This document shows, in pieces, positions 49,552 through 64,000 of a DNA stretch of 64,000 nucleotides (its first letter is position 1; each line of letters opens with the position of its first letter). Under the pieces are notes generated by a model. That model worked only from the letters and a program-made list of their open reading frames with translations, did no database searches and was not told the DNA's origin. The translations under genes and the position numbers were made by a program. This DNA comes from Rhizodiscina lignyota (Eukaryota): assembly GCA_010015805.1 (NCBI GenBank), contig ML978130.1, positions 62,001-126,000 on the forward strand, written 5' to 3'.

Positions 49552-50575
49552 GGAGAGTCCCGAATACGACGGAAAAGGAATCATCAAGGTATGACTGTGT
49601 GTGGCGGTCTTCGAATCAGCGATACCCATTTCTTGGGAAACACGTCTTGGAAGTTGAATTCACTTCTTGTCATGTTTGAATTTCCCTCCACCTATCTTCT
49701 CAGTAATCAATTGTTGGAATACGCTGGATAAAAATCAGCGTTGGAACTTTAGACACCGCATCGAAGCGGCTTGAGAAACCCGTGAATGTCTTAATATGTT
49801 ACCGCCATACGATCTATCAGGAGAAGTTCACCGACCTTTGGTGAGATCCAACAACGAATACACGTACGTAAAAGTTTCCTGTATTCCATGCGCTGCAACA
49901 TTGCGAGTGGATGGCATGTCAGACGTGAAGCGCATGTAAAAACTGAGAAATAGCTGTTGTCGGGCAGAGAAGAATACATGTATCTGAATGGAAGGAGTTA
50001 TCTTACGTACTCTAACCCTAACCCCGATATCTGGACGGACGCCCCACGGTAACTGCCATTGCCTTCAGTAGTGTCAACCCGAAGTTAACGAACATTAGTC
50101 ATTTAATGCTAGAGGGCATCTTGAAGTTTCTCCTGCAGAGTTGCACGCTTTGCTACAGGAACGGTCTAGCAGAAGAAAAGATTCGTCGAATTTTGCGCAC
50201 CTGAAGTTGAGCACCATAAGTCTCGAGCAAACGCACGCGAGTCCTCACATTTTAAACGTGACGACATCGAGAGTTCATGCAAAGATGCACGTGAAGGAAT
50301 GTAATAATGAAAACATTCGATTTAGCTATTGGCGTTGAGCCTAGAAATGCAACAGGATAGGCGCACAGGCACCTTTGTCTCTTGTTTGTCTGGGGTATTC
50401 CAACAATCCCAAGCCACTACCTCTTTTTTTGGTCTTTGACCATTTTTACCTTTTTTTTTTTGATGGGGTATGACGCCTTTAATGTGCAGTGCAATGAATA
50501 AATTCCCTTCCCGTGGCCTTGGGCACCCAGTTGGCACGCAATAAACCTCAAACAAGAAACATCTTAAGCCCGACC

Positions 50576-53500
50576 TCACTCATCGACTTCCATCTTAGCA
50601 TCACTGTCCTGAGCACTGTCATCGTCGGTCGATGCGTCAGGCTCCTCCATGAAAGCATCTTCGAGGCTGCGCCGATCCGAGTCCATGTCGTCCTGGTCGG
50701 TGGCAGTAGTGGTGTTGCCGGTGGTCTGCTGGTTGGGCCTCACCGCCGGGTCCAATAGCGAGAGCTGCCTGGCGTAGTTCACGAGGATGTTAGTCTGTAG
50801 CTTGTCCACTTCCATCTCCGTGGCCGTGCTCCATGCCAGCTGCTTCATCTCCTCCTTGGTGAGAGGCTTTGCCTTGGGTTCCGTGGATGGGTCGTGAGGT
50901 GCCTGCGCAGGGCCTTGTGGGGGAGGAGTGTCGCGACCCTCGCGGGCAATAGCCATTGCGCGATCTTGATCCAGGAGCTGCGGGTCGATGTTAGCGTAGA
51001 TCCTCTGCTGCTGCGCAGGCGAGAGGCCAGGGGGGCGGATGCCGCATTCGACTTCCAGGCGGTAGATGTGCGCTTGGATAAGCGCCAATTCCTCAGCGTC
51101 GAGGCTGCCGGGGAACTGATCGAATGCGTTCCTCACATTGTCGGCGCAACTGCAGCGACGGCGATGACCACATCCCTTGCGTTCAACAGGCATTTTTGAT
51201 GATGATGGGCCTGGGAATAGTTTGTAAACTGACGGTTGATGAAATCTGTAATGGGTGTCGACGGTGCAAAAGTTGGCGCGCACGTTATGCTGCCCGACCC
51301 GTGAACGGTCCTGGACAGGGGAACGATTGTGTGAAGACCGATGGTTTGGAAAAGATGGGGGAATGGAACGGTTAAAAGGGGAACGGCCGCTATGGGGTTT
51401 CCTTATGCGGTGATCCGTTTGATAGTGTTGAGGAGTTTTCAACGGCGATTGATCTGAACTAGTTTCAACTTCGGACGAGACATCAATGGAGGAATTCGTG
51501 TTATCTCCATTTATCGAACGATTGTTGGCTCGCCAATGCTTTCTCTCTTTAGGCTTCTTGCTTTCTCTGGGGTTGAGTGGTACTGCGGGAGTGGCATAAT
51601 TCATCGAATCCGAGAGGTCATCCCGGCGAATCTGATGTGCCCTCCAATCGGATGGGAGTTCCGGACGCTTCGATTTCGCGGAACCTTTTGCTCTTGGCAT
51701 CGATGAAGAGTGCTCAAGGCTTTTCTCAACTGAGGAGAGTCTGTTGAGTTGCGTAGCGAGCGGTGTTTGCCGGGGATCCTTCCCAACTACGATGTCTTCG
51801 CCATTATGAGGAGTTGCTGCGCCAGTGCGTTTCCTTGGACCTGGAAGTTGTAGAGATCCGATGGATGACTTATCCTCATTCCTCTGGAGAACTTGTTTAT
51901 CCTTTGAGCGACTCGTATGCCCCTTCTTTGACTCTGGTGTGCTCTGCAAGGAACTCGACGAATTCGTCCACCGACCCTTGCCCCGGCGGGGAGTAGTCTT
52001 TCGCCAAAGCTTCAACTTCTCTTCTGGCATCTCATCCGTGAATACTGTCTGCTCGAGAAACGAGTTGAACTGTTCTGACGCAATCTCTCCCCATTTATCT
52101 TTCTCCGCAGGCTTCTGCGAGTCGAGGACTACCGCGCTGTCACGCCGCCTGCGATGTGCCTCGCCGCCTGCCTCATTTTGCAATCCTGCCTCTGCAACAC
52201 CCATATATGCCGCAGACTGTTGTTGTGGAGACTCCCCAACATCGGTCATCATACGCACTGTCATTGGCCGCGGCATCATCACCATCTCAGGTTGTGTAAC
52301 ATTGTAGAGTTTCCTCTCCATTGCATGTCTGCTCTCATTTGCCTTGCGATACGTGCTGAAGACATCGTCGTGCATCTCCTGCGCCGACTGCTCGAAGTCA
52401 GAGAGTAGGTGTATCTGAGGCGGTTGATAATGGAGCTGTGGCTCGGGCGGAGAATGCGACGGTCGGTATTCGTCTGGTAGAGGAGACACGTCCGGCTCGT
52501 CGCTGTCGTAGTCGTAGTCGTAATATGCCCTTGCGGTGCCTTGGACGCGTACGCTATTCTGGGAAAGAGCACGAAGGACAGTTGACGCGTAGGTCTTCAA
52601 TGTGGGTGCAGATCGAAGCGTACACTCTGGGCGATGTGGCCGTACGCGTGGGAGTGTTGCGCTGTAATACTCTTGTGGCTCGACACATTGCGGCCAAACC
52701 TGCGGCAGCAACATTAAGTTGATACGGCAGCGCATGACGCGCTCGAATCGTACGCCGTCTGGAAAGCGCTTGACGGCCACGGTTGTAGCATCAATCGTAC
52801 AAATGCGCTGGCCTCCGTGAACGCTCATGAACTGATGAGGCGGATATCGTACACTGGCGGACGCAACCACGCGGTACGCTTGAAGTGAGCGATCCCACAA
52901 GAACTCGAAGCCATCCGACTCAACATGGTGCTGAGTATCCAGTTCAAAATCTTCGTATTGCTTGCTCAACTCAACCTCTGTGAAGCGAGGGCAGAGGAAG
53001 AATTCTTCACTGTCTTCGACACAGTTCTGCAAGTTCAGAAACACCGGCAATGGTGGTGTCCAGGCAACATAACTCTTTACCCTCACGTTGTTTGGGTAGC
53101 GGTACTGTGGGAATAGTTGCACTGTGAACTTGCAGGAAGGCGGTGAGCCACCGATGAAGCAATCATAAGTGGTAAGAAGGTTGCAGACGGAGTCGTGTGG
53201 GTGCTTGGGACCCGCAAGCCATTGGTACTGAACAGGCGCGTGACGCTTGAAGTGGTTGATCATAGACTCGACGAGATACTGCGTGTCAATCGAGAAGACT
53301 GCAGAGCCAATATCTTTGATGAAAGTCGTAAAGTCGCGAGCGCGTCGCTCGCGTTTCTTGGCTGGCACTTCCTCTGCGTCTAACGAAGTGAGTTGTACAG
53401 TTAAAATTAAGAGCTTGGAGAAGATTACCAGCTTCAGGGCAGGAGTCCTTGAAGCTTGAAGTGAGGACTCTGGCGATGTATTGCTCCACTACGGTTTTGA

Positions 53501-53753
53501 AGGCATGCTCCCAATACAGGATCTCTTCGGCCTGTGCAATGGAGGTGCCTTTCCAAGTTGTTGTCACATCCTTGTACTCGAGAGCGCCTTGACGGGGTAC
53601 GTCGTAACGACGGAGCTGCGGTATGTATGCATCCAACGCATTTCTCTTGCTGTTCCAGGGGCCGTACAGTTCCACGGTAGCCTTTGAAGTCAATAAGCAT
53701 CGAAGGCGTGTGCCACAAAGGAGACTTACAGAGACTTCCTCGGACTGACCCAT
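50576..53753 (-). CDS. Large hypothetical protein with a low-complexity C-terminal half
   Basis: ATG 53753. Intron 53380-53428 joins exon 1 in frame to the 930-aa ORF. Probable in-frame intron 53682-53729. No family recognised. Confidence 0.6.
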
Positions 53754-54377
53754 GGCGATAGCTGAAGCTGAGGGAGACAGAACGATGTATGGAAAATGAT
53801 GTTGAAGAAGAGAAAGAAGAAAATAAGGTGAAACTCTGCGAAAGCATTATAAGAGCTGTTTGTTATCCGCACCTGCTTTATCGAGGTCATCGTTTGCAAA
53901 GCAAGGCACTCCTTCTTTCGTCCCAAATGAGAAGAGCAAGAAGTCGCGAACCCTGAAGCACGTTTGCAATAAGAGTGGTATTGAGAACATCATAGCTCTT
54001 GTCGTCGATATATGGATAATTACAGCACACCTTCGCCTCTGGTTAGTGTCTTCCTCGATCTTTGTACGGGGACTTGAGCTTCGTCAAGATTATGCTCGGG
54101 AGTTTAGGTGCTAACACTCTCACTTACGATTGAAATCTATCCGAAGCGGTGCTTGCATTTCCAATTCTGCCAGACTCCATAGCCATTGCAATTGCATTTA
54201 ATCCCAAGGCAATGCCCTCTGGCTTCTCCTTCCACCAGCGCAATCGATGTGGTTATTCCACCTGCTCTCTCCCTCCAATCCATCTCAGCAGGGACGAACC
54301 TCCACAGATTCACGCACGAGGCATATAAACACATGCTCGGAGCTGGCTATTGATCGATCAATATGCATCTACATGTC

Positions 54378-55844
54378 TCAGACGGCATCCATGCTTCCTC
54401 TGGTCATGATTTGCTCGTTCTTATTACCAAGCTTCGAGATCTGCAGGAACGCATCGGTACCATAGCCCTCAAGACTATGTATCTCTAGACTTCCTGCCCA
54501 ATACTCCGCATAGATCCTACTCATCGGAAGGCCAATCCCCAACCGAAGATCGGGCGTCCTCGTCGTCAGCGATGCCAGCGACCCCGTGAGTCGTTCTGGC
54601 TCCGCAAGCTCGACTGCTTGCTTGTCGCTCGGGAAAGCGGGCCGCACTTCTTGCAGTGTGGCCGCCATTGTCGGAACTTTGGATAAATTCTGCATTCGCA
54701 GGTCGCGTCTGGGTCCTTTGCTGAACGACCACAAGTGTGGCAATATATCTCCAGGTATGCCACCACCTTGATCGGAAATGCGGATAATAACGTGTTGACT
54801 TGTCTCGCAGATCAGCACTTCAATTGGAGGCGGGCCACCCTCCTTACGACCCCAATGCTCCGTCACTGCCTGGATGGAGTTGCGCAGCAGCTCTCCGATG
54901 ATATACTCCAAGTGGCTGAGGATATACGGAAACGTCGCGTCCATATGGCCTTGAAGCTTGACCTCTGGGACCTTGATATCCTCTCCGTAAGTCTCGCGCA
55001 TAAGATTCTGTGTCGTAGCTGCAACACGCTCAACTACTTCTTTAGCATTGCAGCGCAGAAATACTTCACCGACAAAGTCGAGGTTAGCGTCATCGCGAGG
55101 ATTAGCGTTGGGGAAGTGCCAGGGTGAGTTGAAAGTGTCTGTGAGCGCAAGATGTTGTTCTGCAATTACGCGCCGCGATATGCGATTCCTCAACATTGTG
55201 GTCATGAACTTGTCCGTCTCTTCTGGCCGCATGAGGCCTTGCACCTCCAGCACGCCCATCGCTAACCTCGGTATGACTGTCAAGTGCTCATGCAGAGTCG
55301 AACGAATGATATCGCAGAACTTTTCATTGTCTGCGAGCGTCTTGACCTCAGGTGTCCGGCGGTATCGATCGAAGGATTTGTAGTAGGTCTCGTAGACGTG
55401 TTTGATGTGTGGATTTTGGACGACGACATAAGGCAAGGCTTGAATATCTCGCAGTCGATGTGCAATCCTACACGAGTGTCAGACGGTGGGTTGCGATTTC
55501 TAAGTGTTTTTCGAACCTCGTTGGAACCTCTGTGCGGACGTAGTTTGCGGAGCTGATGAGTCGCTCTTCTGTCAAGGTGCGGCCAAAGAAGGTCAACTGC
55601 CGCAGACTGATTGGTCTTGGATCCCTTCGAACCCATCTACAATGACATTGTTAGAGATGAATCTGCCAGCACCGAAGCAAACGCACTCATCCAGAACGGT
55701 CGATGGTCGCCATGTTGCCTCGACATGAGCACTTGCCGAAGCGCATCTTATGGAACATTGAAGGTGTATTGGCACGGGGGCTCTACGAGTGAAGTGGCCC
55801 TGGAGGCTCCGCGCGTTCAGCAATCGCTTCACCTTCAACGCCAT
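54378..55844 (-). CDS. Mitochondrial protein-serine kinase, pyruvate dehydrogenase kinase/BCKD kinase family
   Basis: Presequence, then PISLRQLTFFG, RIAHRLRDIQALPY, ELLRNS (N box), IRISDQGGGIP (G1) and GIGLPMSRIYAEYW (G2). Introns 55637-55686 and 55468-55516. Confidence 0.92.
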
Positions 55845-56429
55845 GGTGAGTGAGGCAGGCGAGGTCGGGGTGGAGGTTGTCTTGTGCTCCGCGCATTTTC
55901 TGCAGTGCTCCGCGCCGCTTGAGTCACACGACGCTAGGATGGCAATGTTTGCAGCAGGACGGGCTCCGGGGGCCCAGTTAGCTGTGTAGCGCTGGCATCA
56001 TTCACTTGAAGCCATCACGACAGCGACAGCTCGCACGATGGATTAAGCGCCAGGGCCTTGTAATTGGCAGCGGCGGCGCTGTGTGAAGAGGGCAGAGGGC
56101 GCGCGGCCGGCGCACCAATGACGTGCACGTGAACGCGCATCGTTCCTGGTGGTGACGGGCAAAGGCTGCCATCACGCTCAAAGAAAGCTCCTGAAAGCTG
56201 CAAAGCTGCAATTACAAGTCACTTCACTCTCCCGCCCATATAACCTCCCACCGCTCCGCTTCGCCCTCTGTGCGTGCCTCGCTCCCACGCTCTTACGCTG
56301 CTGTGGCTTTGCGCCGGCAAGCTCACATTCTTCGTAAGCTGCCCGTTTTCCACTTTCCCCACCATCGCCACACCTGTCCAGCTTTTCGCGCATCACCACT
56401 TCTCGATAAACATCCGCGCCCTTGCAGCG

Positions 56430-60043
<3,614 letters not shown>

Positions 60044-60710
60044 TTGGTTAACACTTCTGTTTTTGCCTTACTCTAGAGCGCGGTCTCACTCTCGCCGAAA
60101 TAGAGAAGAAGAAGATCGATGATGCCTGGGACGCACATCTATCTTCGCTTCAACCTCCGAGGCGCAAATCCAACGCGTCGTCAGGCATCAGCATCAGATG
60201 AATGTCGACTCCTCCCTACGCTCCAGCCCAGTCGTTACGGAGTTGCGGTGGCGGTTTTTCTTTCGCCTTGCTCTAGAGAAGGTCCAGCGTTGGATGATGG
60301 AAGTGTCACGATGCGATTTGCATGGCCTGAGGCGTCAGGGGTGTCCCTTTTGGCTTCGTTTTATTTTGTTTCACGGGAACGGTATCGATATACAGTAGCG
60401 ACTGCATGGATTCCTTTTGCAAATTGGCTCCATACCTATGTAGACGTATATGGCGAGGCTCCAGCAATGCGAACAATTGCCTGAAATGCGGATTTGGGTC
60501 CGAACTACATGTAAAATGTGAATTGCAAAATCGTGCCCTTTCCCTTCCAATTAATCTGCTGTTGCTCGGTGCATGTAAATTGCCGGCGTTGAGCATCTCC
60601 AATCTGATTCGCAGGCACGCCAAGCTCTTCCCCTTTCGGCCAGCTCAGCATCATCTCGAACTTTTCGCGACACGCACGACCAGCTCGATTTTCCACATCC
60701 ACAATCCAAA

Positions 60711-61633
60711 ATGCACGCCACGTCGATATTATCGTGCCTGCTGGCCTTCCTGGTCGCGTCAGCCTCCTCGACGGCACTAACATACAAAGTCCAGGCGAAC
60801 GAGAAGGCATGTTTCTTCACGGAAACAGAGCAGAAGGGCGCGAAGATTGCGTTCTACTTCGCTGTACGTCCCTCCTGCTCGAACTTTACCCTCCTACTCT
60901 TCCGATACTACTCTGGAGAGGGGCATGAAGAGGGGCTGTGAGCTAACAGCGCTTTGCAGGTTCAATCCGGCGGCAACTTCGACATCGACTACGAGGTTAT
61001 CGGGCCAAACGAGCGCCAGCTCTTCGACGGCGAGAAGGAGAGACAGGGCGATTTTGTGTTCACGGCGAATGATGTCGGCGAATACAGGTTCTGCTTCAAC
61101 AATGACATGTCGAGCTTCTCGGAGAAGACGGTGGACTTTGAGATAGCTGTACGCACTTCCCTCCTCCAGACAGTACTCGACCCGCACTGCTATATGACAT
61201 GGATTGTAGACTCCATGCCACTCTCGAGATACTCGAAATGCCACAGTAACTAACATTCATGTTGCACTAGGTCGAAAACGCACCTCGCGCCGCCCAACTA
61301 CCCTCAAAGCAAGGCTCCTCCCCCGAACAAACCTCCGTGCTCGAAGAGTCTATCACCAAGCTGTCCGGCCAGCTCAGCACGATCACGCGCAACCAGAAGT
61401 ACTTCCGCACGCGCGAGAACCGCAACTTCTCGACAGTCAGAAGCACGGAGCGCAGAATCTTCAATTTCAGCATCATCGAGAGCGTGATGATCGTCACGAT
61501 GGCCGGGTTGCAGGTGTTTATTGTGAAGTTCTTCTTCCAAGGGGCACGGAAAGGTATTATACTGGCATACTCGTGCTTCGAAGATATATATTGGACATTG
61601 ATTGCTAACGTTGGATGTGCAGGATACGTTTGA
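60711..61633 (+). CDS. p24/emp24/gp25L family cargo receptor (gamma/Erp3-like)
   Basis: Signal peptide, GOLD domain (EKACFF, GEYRFCFNN), coiled coil, TM and tail FFFQGARKGYV. Introns 60864-60959, 61149-61270 and 61554-61622. Confidence 0.93.
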
Positions 61634-62130
61634 ACGAATCACGAACGTCCTTCGAGCCATCTGCAAGACCTCGGGCCTTTTGTCCCTATCGAGAATCTTA
61701 TATGGATATGGAGCCCGGTATGTAGAATTTGACGGCATGGCATACGGCGTCCTGGGCATCTACAAAGGCGAACTTGACAGGCAGTCATGCGTTTGTTGCG
61801 GAGCGTGCATCGTATACCTTGCAATGACTGGATAGCAGTGGTGAGATACGTGTTCAATATGGTTTGCGATATGTATCTTTAGCTACACGCCTTTTATGAA
61901 GCTTTGCTGCTCCGGACAATGCTCATGAGAAGTCGTCTTGAAACGCCTCCTATCGCAGTCTCTTGCAATAACCGCTGTGAGACTTCAGCGATTCAGAGGC
62001 CAATTGTAGGTGCAAATGCCTCGATTCATTGATTAATCTTCACAAAGCCATGAGAAACTCCCCAAGCGCATCAATACTCTCTTCGTCAACCTCCCGCAAC
62101 AAGGCAGAAGTATCAATGAAAAAGTTGAGA

Positions 62131-62325
62131 TGGTAGCCAGCAAAAATTACGCCAGTGAAGCCCCCGAAGGAGATTCATACCAGTCCCACTCCACGTTGTG
62201 CAATGTAGGCGGAACTGATAGAACGACCGTCGTGTTGATCACGGTGTTCCCAACAAGGTCTGTGAGAATTGTCAGCAAAAAGTTCGAAATTTTCGGGGGG
62301 GCGAGGCAACTTGACGTACAAGTAT
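62131..62325 (-). ncRNA. U1: U1 spliceosomal snRNA interrupted by a 60-nt spliceosomal intron (62260-62319)
   Basis: Exon 1 ATACTT (62325-62320) plus exon 2 ACCTTG... reconstitutes AUACUUACCU. SL1 has the 10-nt loop GAUCAACACG (62231-62240); SL2 has the U1A-type loop AUUGCACAAC (62195-62204); SL3 has a UUCG tetraloop; Sm site AAUUUUUG (62141-62148). The 3' end is approximate. Confidence 0.92.
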
Positions 62326-62363
62326 GAGAGAAAAGAAAGCGCTTTCTGAGCGCGCGAGGGCGG

Positions 62364-62371
62364 CTTATAAA
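62364..62371 (-). promoter_or_regulatory. TATA-like element upstream of U1 snRNA
   Basis: TTTATAAG on the minus strand ~40 nt upstream of the inferred U1 5' end, followed by a pyrimidine-rich stretch before the start. Confidence 0.5.
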
Positions 62372-63309
62372 GAGCTGAGCGGCGAGCTTGGACCATGAGA
62401 CGGGAGCTTGGGCCAATCCAAGACTACGTCACGGGTGACGCTAGGCCGCTAGAGAGTAGAGAGAAGCCGCGGCACACGCACCGACGACAAAAGAGTTGGC
62501 AGCTAAGATGTAAAGCCTCCATCGTGTAGCTGACAAAGTGGATAATGCTCTGTCCCTTACTGTTACATACACTCCAAAGGACTTAGGATCGAGCTTTCGG
62601 AGACACGCTCACTTATCTGCTCGCCCGACTGCTATCTATTTTTGTCACCGAGTTGTCACCGAGGCACGCTGGTAGGACAGATTAGGGCCATGGACAAGGG
62701 AAATCATTTTGAAGGCGAGAATTGGATTGAAATTTGTCTGATACATCTTACACTACTGTGCCGGCATTCACCTGTAAAGGCGGTGACCAAGGCTTCTCTT
62801 CTTATGCCCAAGTCGTACTCTGAAAAGTCCGAGATATCAGCGACACTCGAGCTTCAAGCCAACAGCAGCACCTACATCAAGCTACACGAACAACTGGGCA
62901 TTTCTCTGAGTATCACGATATAAGCGGAATACGTTATCGGAGTTCCATAATAGTCGAATGGGACCCTTTATTCGCTTAGTGAACAAGCACTCACCTCCTC
63001 CGCTGCATTCGTGTGTGGCTAGGAAGTGCATCACCGAGCGAGCCGAGGAATACCGCCATCTCGGTTTGCGGGGCCTTATACAGCTCACATTTCTTCAACA
63101 GCATCAACATCTCTCTTGCATGACCTTGAATCCGCTTTAAAGCGGCCGCTCTTCTCTAAAACACGTCCATGTGATACATTTGCCGTGCAAATTATCTACT
63201 GCTGCATCCGAGCAAGTCGTCATCAATCTCACGCGACCTCCGAGCTCTCCTTCATCTCTCTACACGAACACATTTCCTTACCTTCCACTGATATCAGGAA
63301 CTCGCAAAA

Positions 63310-64000
63310 ATGGTCGGCAAATATTCAGATATCATCTGCGAGGTCAAGGGCCAGATAGGCATCATCAAGGTCTCTTCTCCTCTTTATCTCGCCATCTCCA
63401 TTCCTGACAAAGCGCAGTTCAACCGCCCAAAGGCGCTCAACTCCTTCGGCGGCAACTTGATCCCAGAAGCCGTCGCCGCGTTTCGAGAACTCAATGATCA
63501 CCCCGATACCGTCTTTACCGTCCTGACTGGTGAAGGCCGATTCTTCTCCGCCGGTGCCGATGTTAAGGGCAAGTCTGACGCCCCACCCGTGATTGAACAC
63601 ACCTTACTAACTTTAAGGTGAAGCTGTCTCTTCGGAAAAGACTGCGAATTTCCCAAATGATGGAGAGAAGAAGATTGCATTTGTATCTCGCTATTCCATC
63701 GGTGCGTACTGTAGATCATTTACGCTGACTTCTTTCCTTTCCAGCTTCGAAGCGGTATCATCATGCCCGGTATCACGTTCCTGTCTCGTTTATCTCACTC
63801 TGTCAACTGGCTTCTCCTTTTCTTCAGTCCTCGCTCGTATAGCCTCTCGTTTAGAGAACATTGAACTAATACGAAATAACTACAGCACAAGAGCTTCTCC
63901 GCTCCATAATCGACCACAAAAAGGTTGTCGTCCTCGCGCTCAACGGCCCCGCCGTCGGTGGTGGCGCTGCCTGGTTCGAAGGCATGTCCGACATCGTTGT
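63310..64000 (+). CDS. ECI1: Delta3,delta2-enoyl-CoA isomerase (crotonase family), 3' truncated by the window end
   Basis: Motifs FNRPKALNSF, TGEGRFFSAGADV and LALNGPAVGGGAAWF. Introns 63370-63417, 63569-63617 (GC-AG) and 63702-63885. Confidence 0.85.

Noticed and set aside
50012..50024. CTAACCCTAACCC, two telomere-type repeats: candidate telomerase RNA template or interstitial telomere
   Set aside because: Only 13 nt and can arise by chance. The ~1-kb convergent gap looks too short for a filamentous-fungal telomerase RNA, and I could not identify a pseudoknot or CR4/5 domain. A covariance-model search would be needed to revive it.
62130..62416. Short ORFs of 65-89 aa listed over 62130-62416
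   Set aside because: They overlap the U1 snRNA gene and its promoter, which explains the region fully.

Overview
Gene-dense, intron-containing genomic DNA from a filamentous ascomycete (Pezizomycotina). Most introns are ~50 nt GT-AG with CTRAY branch sites. I can support about 21 protein-coding genes. Housekeeping genes include NPY1, COG2, TRA1, GCP5, a KRE2/KTR mannosyltransferase, COX6, an ELO elongase, a PDK/BCKDK-type kinase, UBP15/USP7, a p24 protein and ECI1 (partial). Accessory genes include an MFS transporter plus 2OG-Fe(II) oxygenase pair, an F-box-like orphan, a secreted DUF2961/GH172 enzyme, an SDR, a frameshifted SET-domain gene, a HET-domain gene and a large orphan. The standout feature, which the ORF track does not reveal, is a U1 snRNA gene (minus strand, ~62131-62325). 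Its 5'-splice-site-pairing sequence AUACUUACCU is split after nucleotide 6 by a 60-nt spliceosomal intron. The second highlight is a co-oriented trio of type II membrane glycan-modifying genes at 4429-11223: an SGNH/Cap64-like protein, a GT-B-like glycosyltransferase and a Pvg1-like pyruvyltransferase. It looks like an undescribed glycan-decoration cluster. All family assignments come from recognising motifs by eye; no database searches were run.
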